A stretch of DNA of 64,000 nucleotides from Phoronis australis (lineage: Eukaryota; Animalia; Phoronida): positions 6,198-70,197 of the forward strand of contig NMRA01000598.1 in NCBI GenBank assembly GCA_002633005.1. Reading direction: 5' to 3'. The notes beneath the pieces were generated by a model. The model saw only the letters and a program-made list of their open reading frames with translations, was not told the origin of the DNA and did no database searches. Below, in pieces: positions 49,101-63,499 of this stretch. Each line of letters opens with the position of its first letter. The stretch's first letter is position 1. The position numbers were made by a program, and so were the translations under genes.

Positions 49101-52100
49101 GGAAAGAGCGTAACACTGCAGAAGCCTTTTGCAAGTGCAAGTCACTTACTGTGATCAAAAAAGCAGTCATTTTATTTAAGTGTAATGGACCACTCTCTCT
49201 GATTCATAAGCCAGGGGTGAAAGGTCATGTCTTGTGACAGTAACTGACTAATATCTAGTAACACTATGTGATAAAAGCTTTTTCTTCTGCAAGAATATGC
49301 GGGCCAATGAAAAAGTTGCCCACCACTTTCCAAGGAAAACACATTAGCATCTTGAAGTTGTTGAGCAATCTTAGGTGAAACTCCATCTTCATTCGTTGTG
49401 ACACGTTTTACTTCTAGTATTCATGATTTTGTCGCAGTTGCCTTAATTATCAAGAGAATGAAGAGAAAAGCGACAAAAATGGCATTCACATAGAACTTAC
49501 ATTCTCACGATAACGCAGGTTTGACAAGGGTGTGAATCGTCCAGTTTCAACCATCATTATGACTTTCAACCGAAGTAAAAGTTAATTTCCTAATACTGCA
49601 AGTGCCAAAACCAACACAACCAAGGTCCAAAAATCATCATCTATTGCTTGAGACTCCCCTCAAAATTTAACAATCACATGACAGGCTTCAAATCAACTTT
49701 AAAATTTCATGCAATGTGTAAGTCAATTTTGAGCCAAGTCTCAGGCAGAGTTAGGTTGTCTCGGGCCCTGGCTCACACCCCACACTAACCCATACCTGCT
49801 GCCTGGACAATAAGACCTCAGCCAGTTGTTTACCCGCTAGTTTAGACCGCTCCACACAGACACTCCAAGGATTGTCAATTACGCTGGCAGCAGAAATGAG
49901 AGTCATGGGCCACATAACAGCAGCGAGCAAACCTGCATTAACAGTTAAGTACATGATGAGTGACATCAAAGATAGTGAGTCACAACTTGCGGATGTATTG
50001 ACTAAGGATAGCTACTTAAAATAGTTATAAACCCACCTTCCATCAACCTAACACAGTTCTAATGCAACGGCTAAATTTAACAGTACTATCCATACAGAGG
50101 GAGTATTCTCTTATTCCTCAAGTGAGCTGAAAAGAGTACTCATCAATATCTTTCCCGTAGATCACACTGAACCATGAGTTAATAACAGATACATGAGTTT
50201 ATAACAGATACAATCAGTTTAATCAACTCGAAATTTCTCCGATCAGTAAATCAGTTTTACCATTTTCAATTCACAATGCTCCAAGTTTCTGAAACAGAAA
50301 CCAAAAAAAAACAGAGCCATCTTCAGAGAATATGTACAACTTGAACACCTCAACATCAATTGAGCTGGGCTCAAAGTTGGGCCTTGAGTAACAAAATTTT
50401 TGGCCTGATTAATTCTTAGTCAATAAAGAATCAAAATATCTGAAATCAGGTAATGGAATTCCATTATAAACGTCAGATTCCATGAAAAATATCGTACTTC
50501 ATTTGTATTCCATTATCACTTTCTTCAGGGTCTCTACTCTGGGGATGACCATACCTGATAGAATAGTGGTTTTCAGTGTCTCTGTGACTGCCATCTGCAC
50601 AGCAATACTGGTGAAGTAGTCCATAGCCTTGCCCAGTTCCTCTAGGTATTTTGACTCATACATGATGCAGTATTGTTCTTTAGAATTGGCTAGACACATC
50701 CAAGGAGACGTGAAGTCTATCAACATAATATTATATATGTACGACTTGAGGTATGTATCAGTTTACAATGTAATTGTGTTTCAATCTGGACAGGTGAATT
50801 ACTGTAATCATACCTGATAATGCCCAAGGTCAGTTTAATGCCTACATATGAAATCTGGAAAATTTTGTACTTAAACACCCATGCATGGCTTAGCGCCCAC
50901 CCCCAATTAATACTATCGAGACTTTTTTAAAGCGATCGTGTCTTTGTAAATGCCTGTCTTACCCAAATTTTAGCTTTCATCATGTATGAAACTCACTTAT
51001 CACTGATTTACAACAGTCCAAAAATGTCATCACCCCTTTACCTTATACGGGGGGGAAAATATCTGAAGTCTACTACGTTTTCATTGACCCATGTACAAGA
51101 GTCTGGTGCATTTACCTGAATACCCTCTTCTGTTAAATACCCAACCCCTATTTCTAAAAAGACTATAATTGGCTTAATAGAGTTTGCGCTCACTCTCTGT
51201 TAGTCATTTTGAACACCATGAGCATTAACTTTTGTTATACGTTTGCATTTGTTTACAAAACCATAATAAAAACGCTCTATCGTTTTAAAGTTCCATACCT
51301 TAGTTAATATCAGACAAAGTCTTGAAAAATTTAGGGCATTCACAAGAAAATTGAGCAGTCGATCTGGGCAATTACTTTTGCCTTAAATGGGTGAAATTTT
51401 ACTGCAGTTAGGAAATAAAGACATCTTGGAAAAAGGAACAAAGAACCCATTAGTTTGTGATTTGACACAAAAATGTTTTAACATTTTGCTGCTTTGCATG
51501 TTTACCATTATAACAAACACAGCAACATGGCTTCTGTCATAAAAAGGATATGTTTTTTCAAGAGATCACTTGTAAGAGACAAAGAATTAAAGTTGCTATT
51601 ATCTACTTTCTGTCAAGGAAACTAACTTTTGATAAGACCCTTTACCACAGGCTATATACATCTAGTCTCACTATGTTCACACGAGGAGCGGTCTCAGGGC
51701 TTGGTGACAGTTCATTATTGCCCTAGACCATGTATGGTGTGTGAAATGACTCATTTCACAGGCCAACTTGTTGAACCCAGTCTCAAGCAATGAGAAAGCG
51801 CCAGTTCTTGCTAGGCCTCAAAAATGACCTCTAATTTGGCCGACGAACAAGTTGAGATAACTTTCATAACATCTGTAAGTAGTCTAAATCAAAAATTATT
51901 TTGCTAACAATTTAAAGCTCCATACAACACCATCTTTGAAAACCATTGTCTCGATTCGTGTATTGGTGTGCTATCCTGCACTCATTATCAATGTACCCAG
52001 GTATCCATCCTGATTACACATCATGATAAACCCATGGACCAAACGGAGATCATAGATTGTCTCAACAGAAAGGTTCACCAAAGCTTACTTGATCACAATT

Positions 52101-55100
52101 TTGGCTTGATGTTATTAGAGTTGAGTGGCAATTCAACCACAGACATTTCATGCCACCACTCAAGAAGTTGACATTAAAAAAAAGAGTATATTTACTTGTT
52201 CATATTTAAGAATGGAGAGTAGTAGTTCATCTAAATCGGGATATTTATGTGATAATGCATCATTTTACCAATCTTTTTCCATTATCAGGTTAAAGGACTT
52301 CTCAAGCACTTTACAACCAAAATTCACAGACTTTTCAAGCACTTTTCTGCACGAAATTCACACTATCGTACATGTGTGCAAAAGGTTCGGTTACGTTCAG
52401 GATTTCTCAAATAAACAAACGGCTGGGGTTATGTTCAAGATTTCTCAAATAAACAAACAGATGACTTTAGGTGCTTGTGGTGAAAAACTATCACAAAAAA
52501 CATCTCAGCAACAAAGAAAATATTCAGAATCAAGGACTTCTCAAGACCATTACAAAAACTTCAAATACTTTTCAAGGTTGATGTTAAATTCAAGTACTTT
52601 ACACGGCTGTCAGTCAAACTCAAGTGCTTTCTAAAATGTTCATGAACCATGTGCATACAACGTCTGACCTTTGTTTCACTAACGCCAGACAGGCAACCAC
52701 AACCTTCTCATTATAAACAATTAACAATCAGACTGTACCCTGCTTGCCATACTGCAGCCATCCAGACACGGCAATTGTTACATGAAGCTGATGACCAGGG
52801 GTCAGTTGAAGAAACTGGAACTCTGACAGACCACCCACTCTCTTGTTCATTTTGTAACCTGAAATGTTAATATTACCTTCGTTAATACACTGCCAGTACA
52901 TTAAAAGGTCCAACAGTGCGGTGGGTGATCACAATTTATGATCGACATATGTCCCGAATAAAGATAAATGATACGTGCGTCGCAAGCTCGTTACCAGAGA
53001 TGAAAAGGAGACCGAGGTAGGCGATATAAGGTCATTTATTATGACTAATACAATTACAATATAATGAATACAGGTAAATAACGTATAATAGGTAATCTCT
53101 GGTAAGATGGGCAATAAAAAGTGCCACAAGAGATGTTGTAAGATAGCGTAAAGTGTTTAGACCTGCATGTATATAACTATTTTTGCTCTGTCATCTTTTT
53201 TATAAAAAAGACCAGCATGTAGTAAGAGATCGGTAACACACACACATTCAGACAAAAAGAGAACTTCAGTTAAAATGAAACTATATCCTGTAATAGCCTA
53301 TCAGCAGTTATTATCTACAGCTTGAGCACTTACATCCTGGAAGCAAATCAGGTCATAGTCACTTGACAAGCATTAAAATTTGAAGCATGCTTGAATGATA
53401 TGAACTTGCAGATTTTGCCAAGTGAGCAAACCCTACATTTGGGCAATGCTAATCAATTACTGAGGGGATGGATTACCCAACCCACACCATAAAATTCAAA
53501 CATTTTCTTGCATAAAGATAGCCTGGCTTAGTGGTGCATTCCTGAATACTTTGTATGTGAGAGTATTGTGAACATCTGTTGGTCTGCAACTAGACAGGCG
53601 CATGACTTTTCCACAATGTACCCATGGCTAGCTTACCTGCCAGCCCGGCCCCTGCCACACCAAACAGTGATCCGATGATAGCAACGCCAGCTGCAGAGCC
53701 AAGAGCAGCAGCACCAGCACCACCTATAACTGCACCTGCCCCAGCTGCCACCAGTGGAGCCGCTAGTCCCCCGGTCAGACCTGTAGATATGAAAAACATC
53801 ATGACTATCAAATTTCTCAGGGTTTTTAAATGGAACTGGTACACTTTCTATATCTTTAGTAAAAACATTTCAGTTTGAATATGAAATGCATGCTTTTGTC
53901 TTCTCCTATACATGTTGCACTCAGTGCACTGCCTTAGGTGAACTCAGTCAGTGACATCACGAATAGAGTTATGGTAGGCAACACAAACTCAATAATCTGT
54001 TGATGATGTCACACCCACTGTTTTTGTCCCTTTGTTTGTTGCGATGGGCTACTCTAACAGGTTTTATATTAAATTTTACAGTGAACAAGATTGGATACTT
54101 TGATAAAATCTTTCTTTTTTAATTTCATTTCATGACCTCGACAGGTATCCTTTAAGGCAGATACACTTTGCACAACAAACAAACATACCACCTATTAATA
54201 TGCATACGTCTATAAACATTTTTAACTTCTCATACCGTGGTTACATTCAATAATCAGAGTAATTTGCGAGTGATATTTAGCGAGATCATCAATTAATCTT
54301 TAAATGGATAACTTATAAATACTTATGATCTCACCAAACTTGCAGGACACCAGAATTATCAAATGGACACCTATATTACAAAAAGCCAAGTATACAAGCT
54401 GTTGTAAAAATATCAAATAATTTGAAAGCAGTATATACTAAGTCGTGTAGCTTGCCACCTTCAAGACTGTGATAAATGCGGCAACTTAAGTGAGTGATGG
54501 CTTGTGAATAAGTATGGTTATGTTGCTGGGACAGATGAGTTAAAATGCTAGCAACACATATCTGTGTTATCAAGTTGTAGTAGGCATTTTATCAAGTCTG
54601 AATGGGGAATAACAAAACAAACACATGAAAGTCACACATTGCGAAACTGATGATGACGGTAATATAACTAAGCTTAGTAGTAATGAAGCTTAGTTTATGG
54701 AGTGAAATTTTAAGACATCTTTACCTATCAATGCTCCACCCCCAACTGTAGCTAGACCAATCAGAGCCGCTCGTTTGATTTTACGGTTCCTTTCACGCTT
54801 CTTACGTTCAGCTTTTTCTTCACTGTAACAAATAAATTATGTTAATAATACATATACTGCCACCAATGTGAAACACATGCATGTGACGAGAAATCTTGCT
54901 CTGTGTACTAGCTCTGTGCAAGCGACGGAGGAGTGTTAACCTCAAATCATCTGCTGCTAAAATACAGTGTAACAATTCCAAAATGCCTCCACAAGAGGAC
55001 ACCACTGTCAGCCATGACAGTTACAACTTACAGAAAAATTTTGGCAAAACAAGACACCTTAAGAGACAGCCTACAACAAACTATTTAACTAGCAAGTACT

Positions 55101-58100
55101 GTCCTTTCCCACTTGGACTAAATTTACACATCAAATGTCTTTAAAAGCAATTCTGAAATTTTATTGGGTATGAATGAGAATTTTGTTAATAACAATAGGA
55201 CGATGAAGACTGTTATACTCACAACACTAATGTACCACAACTGGAGAAGCTTACAACACAATGATAAACTAACAAGTTACGATTTACAGATGCAGAAAAG
55301 ATCTAAAATGATGAGGCCAGTACATCAACAAGTAAACAATACTCAGAAAAGAATAAAAATCTTATGTCTATCAAACAATAAAATTAAGAATACAATTTTT
55401 ACCTTAGTTTTCAAAAAAGTTGACAAAATTTCTTTGAGTCGAAAAACAGAGTCATTTCAAAGAAAACAATTTGACCAAATTTTCAAAAGGATTCAGTGTT
55501 ATATTTCATCTTGTTCTCTTCTGGTTTTTCCATATTGACGGCAAGCAAATTTTGATGAGTCATCAACTTTTTTTGAGAACTAAATGTACTTCAAACGTAA
55601 TGTATAAGCCCAGAGCACACAAAGGAAGTAGTATTGAAATAAATTATAATACAGCCACATTACCGATATACCTCAAGTGTGAATTTCTGAATAAAAATGT
55701 AACAGAGAAATGTTTGACCATAATAGATAAAACCTTATATGTAACATTAGCCTGAAACAAATTGATGCAACAAAGCCCTGAAAAGATGTATGGTGTAGTT
55801 AAAATCTATGTTTTGACAAGTGAAATTAACCAAGACATGCTGGCTATTGATTGTGACTGTCAGTCAAACTTACCTCAACTATAAAAGTGTTGGATGACAA
55901 CATTAAGAAATAGAAATGTCATCGTTGGAGTACTAGACATATAATTATTCTCAAACATCAATAATATCGTGATTTAACTTAATGATTCAACATTAAAATT
56001 CATTATTTTTTTCTAATGACAGCAAATTTCTGAAATTAATTTGCCACTGTGTCACTGCTAACATTTGATAACAGTGTTTATTTTATTGAAACAAGATTTG
56101 ACTCTCTCGACTTTCACTGCCACGCACAACTTTTGGCGAGTTAACCGTTCACTGCCAATAGTGCTAACTGGCGAGGGGGTAATTTCCCATTCTTGACCCC
56201 TTGGGAGACAACTACAGTTAAAGGATATTGGCAGACAACAGGAAAACAGTGTTATAATTTCCCAAACAAAAGGAAAGTTTCTTTCGAGTTTTTTGAAGAA
56301 ATTTTAAACGACTAGTTACCTGTCGATTTATAATTAATGCCTTCTCAACTGTCCATCACTGAGGTTTGCTTGACTAAAAATCAAAGTGATTTTGATTCAG
56401 GAGCAGTTTGAAATGTCAGTCATGAGACAAGGTATGTACCACGACAGGCAGTAAGGTTATGAATTTCAGTCAACCACAGCCCTTGATTGAACGACAATAG
56501 TGTTTGTTCACCTGAAATCTTGAATGCTCTGGTGAACACCAGTCTCAATGTATGATGACATAATTTTAAAAAAATCATACCCAATGTGTGTGCATACTAC
56601 CCTGAAAGTTTCATCACAATCCACGAACAAATAACGATTTTAGAGCTTTGTTAGTGATTGCAACCAATGTTATAAAAATCTCCCTAAAATTTATTTAGCA
56701 GTGAGAAATCCAGCTAAAAAATGGCAGTGAAAGAATTAAATGGCTGCAAAATTACCAATCAAGGAGAAATTTAAAACACGTAATACTTACATTTAGTGAA
56801 AACGAGCTGTTCAAAACCTAAATACAATTACCGTTATTTCACGAAGCCTTTTAAAAATGTCTATGGAAACAAAACTTCAAAATCAAAATACCTTCAATAC
56901 CTCAAAAGCATAATCCAGTGCTAACTCAGTATAGCAATACTATAATCCCAACAATTAGAGAATTATGTCTTGATAAAAAATCCCGCCACCGACATTAACT
57001 CACAGAAGGTGAGCGTAATCCCCACTGTACGTACTCGGTGGGTTCATGGTCGACTTCCTTCAGTTTCTCAACAACGCATTCCTCCGCCGCCTCGACATCT
57101 TCATACTTGACCTTGAGCAAACAGGCTAGGTGGAATATGAGCACTCTCATACGTGCGTCGTAGACACCTGATGATGAAGATTCATTACGTGAAATTCATC
57201 ACTGCACATGGCCATGTGCCCGAAATGTGCTCACTGAAAATTTCTTCCAAGTTAAAATAAGTAATTACGTAACTTGCCATTGTTCTATTGTTCAAATGCT
57301 TACCTTGCTGCCTAAGTACAAAATTTTGTCAAATGATGCTAGGTGATGACTGTGCCATGTAAATCATAAACGGCTTACAGTAAATTTTGTTGAGAAATTC
57401 GAAATAACATTCCAACTATCTGCCATATTGCGTCCTAAACTGAATAAATTCATAATTTACTCATCTTTAGGCCCATGCACCCAAGTGGAATATTTGACTG
57501 AAACCAAGTTGCAAGTTTAATTGCAATAAAATGAAGGTTGACTTATATGCCTCCGAGACATCGACGGTTTAAATTTAGTTGAGAAATACAGAGAATGAAC
57601 ACAGGACAAATTTTGTGTTAAAAGAATGTATCATTACAGCCGTAATTGGGCAGACTAAAATGCGTGGATAAACAGGTATCGTTTTGACAGGCACGTTTAT
57701 ATTCGGATATTAACTGATAATGTATCTGCCACTAAAATTGTGATGTGATTTGGATCCACAAATAGAAATAGAAATTGCACAATTGCATCCTACTTTCAAA
57801 AATTTGCAGGTCTTGGATTTTTTTAATCACGTAACTAATTACAAGAGTAATTTAGCACTTGAAATTTTTACAAAATTATAGGTTTGAATTTATTTAGTAG
57901 CTATACTGTGACAATGGTTGCACCTATTGCAGAGTTCCGGGAATTAAGAAAGACAAGACTGACCAGGTCTACAGCCAGCTAATAACTTTCAAAGTGCTTA
58001 GTAATTTACATCACTGTATACCTTAGGCCTAATTACTATTATTGCTTTTACTTTTTGGCATTTTAGTTTTGTTTGTCTAGGTTCAAAACGGCAAAACGAG

Positions 58101-60246
58101 GTCATACAAAACAAGCAAATACAGAGAGTTGCACAAATGAGTTCAGATATTTTAAAAAGCGACACAACATGGCTTTTACAATAAACAATTACCATCTTTA
58201 AGGGACAAACTGACGAGGTCGGCTGGTATAAGGAGCAGATTGTTCACCAAGGCAGGATCATCACGAAGACCCTGTACGAACTGACTGGTGCCAAAGTTAG
58301 TATCATGTTCATCATCACAGATGGCGAGAATTGAGGATTTCACCTGCAACACATATTGCCCAATGAACTCATTAAAAATAATGTGCAGGCAGTTGGGGTA
58401 GAGTTACAACACACAGCCTTTAGCTGGCAAATTGAACGAATGCATACAAACTTTGATATGCCATGTTGTGACGTTGCACAACAAATCCTCGTTCACTCAA
58501 CCGTAACGTAGTGTGATCATGGAATGTATCACATCTACTTTTATACACACAAATAGCTGTTACATCTTAAACAGCTTCAGTACAAGCCAAAACTATTCAC
58601 CAAGGGTGACCTGTAATTTCCCTGTCATGACTGCCAGGTGGAAGCCAAATTCATTGTCACAGTAGTCTTCACTCATGATCAAGAATGTTGGGGAATTAAC
58701 AGGACAGTTAGTATTAAAGGCAGCTAAGCCATTCTGTTACTAAAATTTTGTCCCCCCAGGCATTTTTGCTGTTAACAAAACTAACCTTAGGACAAAGAAA
58801 TGGTATTTTGTGTGATTACTTTTTTCTTGTACTGTATATCGCAGGCTTACTGAACAAACTGTTCACACTTATGAACAAAGTTCTGCACTCATGAGTGCAA
58901 CTTAGAGACTTTGACAATCAATTCACGGACCAACATTCAAACAGTTGGCCCCGCACTGCAAGTCATGCTCATGAGTACACGAGTTGCATTGTTCCGGTAT
59001 GCAAACACTAATTGATTTTATGATCAAACCAGAACATTATTTTTTACACTTGCATCACACCTGTACATTAACAGTGCATAAAAAGAAAATGACAAACATA
59101 TCACGCACAGCCAAAGGAAGTTGAATTGATGGTAAGACAAAATGTTGACGGTCTTATTCTATCATAGTCCTGGTATATTCTTTTGTCAGTGTAATAATTC
59201 TTTCGGATTATTATGTTAATCCCAGTCAGTATCATGCCGTGCTTTTGAAATGTGAAGAATACCTGATCAGGCTGATTGAGGTGTTCCAAAACTTCCAAGA
59301 TAGTCTTCCGTACAAAAACACTACAAAACATAACACAAAAACTGTTTTGTAGGATTGAGCACTAATTTGATAACAACAGAGACAATTGAAACGCACAGTC
59401 TATGAATTTCAGTATGAACTAGCCATAAAAGAATAAGAAAATCATTGAACTATGCTTTGGTTTTTGTTTCAGATCTCGAACAGACCCACACAAGGTTTTG
59501 TTCTGCTAATCATGTACTATCTCCCAGTAAGTCAACACAGTTAGTACGTGAATCTCAAAATCATTCTCAATAGTGTCTTCATTATCAATATGTAAAGTTA
59601 TATTGAAAACATGCGTGACTTTTGAGCTTTTTCTTGAAGATATCTGATAGTTTATTGGATGAAACAGCCAGCAAAAAAGCAACTTTACATGATATAATAT
59701 ATGCAAAATGAAATCCATACAAAATATTCATTTACAGCCACCATTTCAAAAGAATCAAGCATTCAACCTCCGGATACAAATAATCAGACATCAAGTGTCG
59801 ACATAAGAGTAAGGTTACATCCACGAAGTGTGTCGTATATCGACACTTGATGTCTGATTTTTTGTATCCTGGTGATCTCTAATGAATAGACGAAACGTTA
59901 CATTAATACGAACTTTTTCATTGGTGCGGCGATCGTATATTTTTTTGATTCAACACCAGGAATGTCAGAAAACAGAGAAATTAGCACAAGATAAATGCTA
60001 CATCAAAGATTATACGACACGTGTTATTCATCTAGATAAACTACATCATATGCATACAACCTCCTGTAACTATTTATACTGAACAGTCACATTTAATGTT
60101 TTGAGACACTAGACGTACCTGTCATTAGCAAACAGTGACCTGAGACAGACTGCACAAAGTGCAGTGTACGAGTACAGCCCAACGTCGCTCAGCAGTTGCC
60201 ATAGTGGAGGAGAATGCTTGGGCGAACAATCATTACTACTATTCAT
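46124..60246 (-). CDS. TMCO4: Transmembrane and coiled-coil domain protein 4 (DUF726 alpha/beta-hydrolase-like); exons 60246-60119, 59320-59263, 58343-58193, 57167-57035, 54822-54725, 53780-53637, 52858-52739, 50716-50555, 49932-49796, 48980-48896, 48177-48060, 47387-47270, 46423-46124
   Basis: Thirteen GT-AG exons with consistent phases. Hallmark motifs: KDGVYDARMRVL, IGLATVGGGALIGLTGGLAAPLVAAG, IDNPWSV, QGKRPVTLIGFSLGARVI (GxSxG), DVIVLGAP, INGYCRSDWLLKFLYR, GHMDY. Confidence 0.95.
46895..46975 (-). mobile_element. tRNA-derived SINE head
   Basis: Reverse complement TAGCTCTTGTGGCAAGGGGCTGG...GGGTTCGAATCC has A and B boxes but no clean cloverleaf. Confidence 0.55.
56141..56739. mobile_element. 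piggyBac-like TTAA MITE remnant
   Basis: Imperfect TIRs TTAACCGTTCACTGCCA ... TGGCAGTGAAAGAATTAA. Confidence 0.4.
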
Positions 60247-60438
60247 CTTCACTTACACGGCACTGAAAAAATGAAGCAAGATTGATCAAGCACCTCCAAC
60301 AAAAGTCAGCTTGTCTGGCATACAGGTCAATTCAAAGTCGATATTTATTTATTCAAAGTTAGCTTTAATACAGTAAAGATGTGCCATGGGCTTGTTTCAC
60401 CAACTATAAAATGACAATTGGGTAAATAATATATAATT

Positions 60439-61130
60439 AACAAGAGCAATGCGGAGCACTGGAATAAGCCCACCACAGCATTGCAAATGGTGAGCTTCTA
60501 GGGGTGTTTTCATAATCATAAAAATGGTCATTAGATGGCACAGAATGCATTAAACCTGTCTGAATTAACAAACATGGCACTGTCTCTGTAATACGCAACT
60601 ATTTTTCAAATTTCATGAAAATAAGCCAAGGAACTTTTTAGGATATGGAGGCAAACATTAAACAACTGACACTAAAGGGCACAACTATAGTCTGAAACTC
60701 ATCAACACCTGTTGCTATCTCTTTAGTAGCCCTTCAGCCAAATTTCGCAAAGAACCTTCAAAGGATTACGTCGTAGACGCAAAAAAAGATTTGAAAACAG
60801 TAAAAATTAAAATGGCCACAAATTGGCGCCAAATACGTTGAATCCATCCGAAAACAGGAAGGTAGCATCATCTTACTTATACTTATAAACACCTATTTGC
60901 CAAATTTTATGAAAATCTGTTAAGGACCTCCGAAGATACAGAGGAAAACGTAAAAAAAATAAAATTGCCACTAGGGGACCCACCAGTCGTGGGATCCATT
61001 TAAAAATTCAATCATGCTGTCCCATCTATGAAAGGAACATACTTTCAAAGTTTCATGAACATGCATTGATTCTGGTTTTGATTGAGCCTTTTGATTTTGA
61101 TTGAGCTAGGGGGACTTTTAAGCCATTAAC
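60439..61130 (+). repeat. Possible Helentron-derived non-autonomous repeat
   Basis: Starts AACAAGAGCAATGCGGAGCAC and has recurring CAAATTTCATGAAAAT-like units; family assignment by resemblance only. Confidence 0.35.
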
Positions 61131-61302
61131 GGCCCTCTAAGGAGTAAGGTGTTCCTCTATCTGCTAAGGTATACTTATAACATGACTTTAACACTTATTA
61201 GTGTCAGGCACAATTCACCGAAAAAGTTCCGGCATATGGAGGGCCTATGCTATGGCTTGACCAGAGACAGAGTGAGAGTCTCTAAATTACAACTGGGGTC
61301 CC

Positions 61303-61430
61303 CATGGGCGGATCCAGGATTTTGAATTGGGGGAGGGGGGGCAAGGCACAGTATAAGCCAGGATTTTTCCTGTTAAAAATTCGCACCCCAAAACTGCTAA
61401 ATGCAATCCCCCCTTCTAAATCCGCCAGTG
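61303..61430. mobile_element. GGCGGATCCAG-type MITE
   Basis: TIRs CATGGGCGGATCCAG / CTAAATCCGCCAGTG. Confidence 0.65.
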
Positions 61431-61450
61431 GCCGCAGTCTGGGAAGGGGG

Positions 61451-62436
61451 TAGGCAATGACCATCGTCTCTGTTGGCCCGATCAGAGGCGATGCACGCTC
61501 CAATTTTTACTGCGCTCGCTAGGTAATCCGACTTCATGACCTCAATCTTTAAATAGACTAAAGGTGAGCCATTGCGGGCTTGTCAGTCAAATGTTCGTTT
61601 CCAAAATGCCACCACTACTTGCCTTTAATTGGCGTTACTTGAAACTGATTGTATTTCAATGAATTATTGTAATTTGATAAAAAAATGCTGTTGATATGAC
61701 ATTTAATAGTCTTTGTGCACCATTGACATATTTGACATTTTAATGTTTAACAACACGGCAAATGCATGGCTGGTTTCCGGCAGCACGTACGCAGAGGGCG
61801 GGGACTTCAGCTTTCAAAGTTCGCCGGTAGGACCGCAACTTCTGACCTTCGGCCTGGTTAAAAGAATGAGGTCATATCTCTTGGCGTGCGCCAAGTAAAA
61901 ATGGTGAGTTCACGATTTTGGGAACTGAAATAGGGACTGCTCGAAGAAAAAGTTTGATAACGGGAGTATTTGTTAGAGTTGGAAGGAATTAAACACATCG
62001 ACAACCTCCTAAGGTGTTCCTCTATGGTAGGGAGGACAATCAAAAAGTAGGTCACGGTGCCCCATATCTGCCTCCGTGTAAAACCCACGTCGGTAAATTA
62101 CCCGATTTCAGACTTCAAAGTTAACTATAAGATAATTTTGTGTTATAAATCGTTACCTTAGTCTTTATTTATAAGTTTGTAATCTTTTTGTCTCAAATTA
62201 TCGCTGATAAATCATTTTCTGTAAGCTTTTTTTAGCGCACGATTTTCCGCCGTGCGATCAACTTTCGAAAAAGTACCTCTTGTTCCTCCTATCCAAAAGA
62301 GCNTATTTATAACAACGTGACTTTGATGTTTTAGTCGGTGCAAGGCATAATTCGCCGAAAAGCTTCCGGCGTATGGAGCGCCTATAGGAGCTACATCTTC
62401 TCAGGTTGGGCCAACAGAGTCAATGGTCATTGCCTA
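61451..62436. mobile_element. Second copy of the TAGGCAATGACCAT foldback element, inverted, with an insertion at ~62026-62290
   Basis: Same termini; the internal sequence is the reverse complement of 29370-30200. Confidence 0.85.
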
Positions 62437-63499
62437 GCCCTAGGTCTAGGTCCTCTAGCCTAGGGTCTAGGAGGGGGGGGGGCAGTTGAGATGAACATTG
62501 CAATTGTCTAGTGCAGCACATGCAGCAAGCAGGTTTCATTAAGATTACTCTAATTCATTCTTTATTGTTTTGCCTTACCTGAGAAACGCACACAATTAAA
62601 ATTCACATCATGCAGTACAATCATTGACAAAAGACGTTGAAAATATTGATCACACTTATTTCTTTTCCTGTTTTATGTGCCAGGGTAATAGTAGATTTAT
62701 TAAGCCATAGAAGAAAATAAACAAACATAAACAATAAATGAGTACATTTCTTATTATAACATGCCAAACGTGGTACCACTCACACGAACTAATTTTACTC
62801 AGTAGCATTTTTAAACATGCAAATACTCAGTACATTTGTTTTGTGCTTTGTTAACACGAAACAGGCAGGTCAAATTTAATAATTAATAAAGTTTGATATA
62901 GACCAATAATTTGAAGTAGTATTAAAATGCAAGAAACTTACTTATTATTTCAATTTAAAATTGTTATATATTAAATTATGGATGTTTACATTCAAGACAA
63001 ATAAATATTTTTGTTGCCTCATACTGCGTATTTTATCGATCATCTTTGACTTACTTTCCCTGGGTTTGGTCCTCAAGCACAGGTGAGAAGTTATGTCAAT
63101 ACTGTGGTGCAACAGGGCGGTGAGGACCGATTAACATTGATAAGACATAGGTGAGTGTCTTTAAAGATTTTTAATTTTGTTTATACTTGGGTTTTTCTAA
63201 ACACATTGTGTTTATTTTAGTGTTCGATTTGTCAACTGTCAGTGTCACTTGCTATAAATTCAAAACCTGGCTGTATAGTAAAGTATTCTCTGCGCGTGAT
63301 ACGTTTATTTTATTTCGGTTTCCGAGAAAGTGGAAGAAACCAAATGCGTGTGAAGAGTTTACATTAGGAGTAATAATATGTAAATGGCGACCTTTTCATT
63401 CTGTATCTATAATTTACTTCATGTAGAAAATTCCAAAGGAGTGTTACTTTATGATAAAACTAGCGCATCCCATCTTTTGGAATGCTGCCCATACACAAG

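Noticed and set aside
52125-52634. 169-aa plus-strand ORF in a TMCO4 intron
   Set aside because: No recognisable domain, a non-ATG start, and built from degenerate low-complexity repeats.
53624-53878. Ala/Pro-rich plus-strand ORF
   Set aside because: It is the antisense shadow of the Gly/Ala-rich TMCO4 exon.
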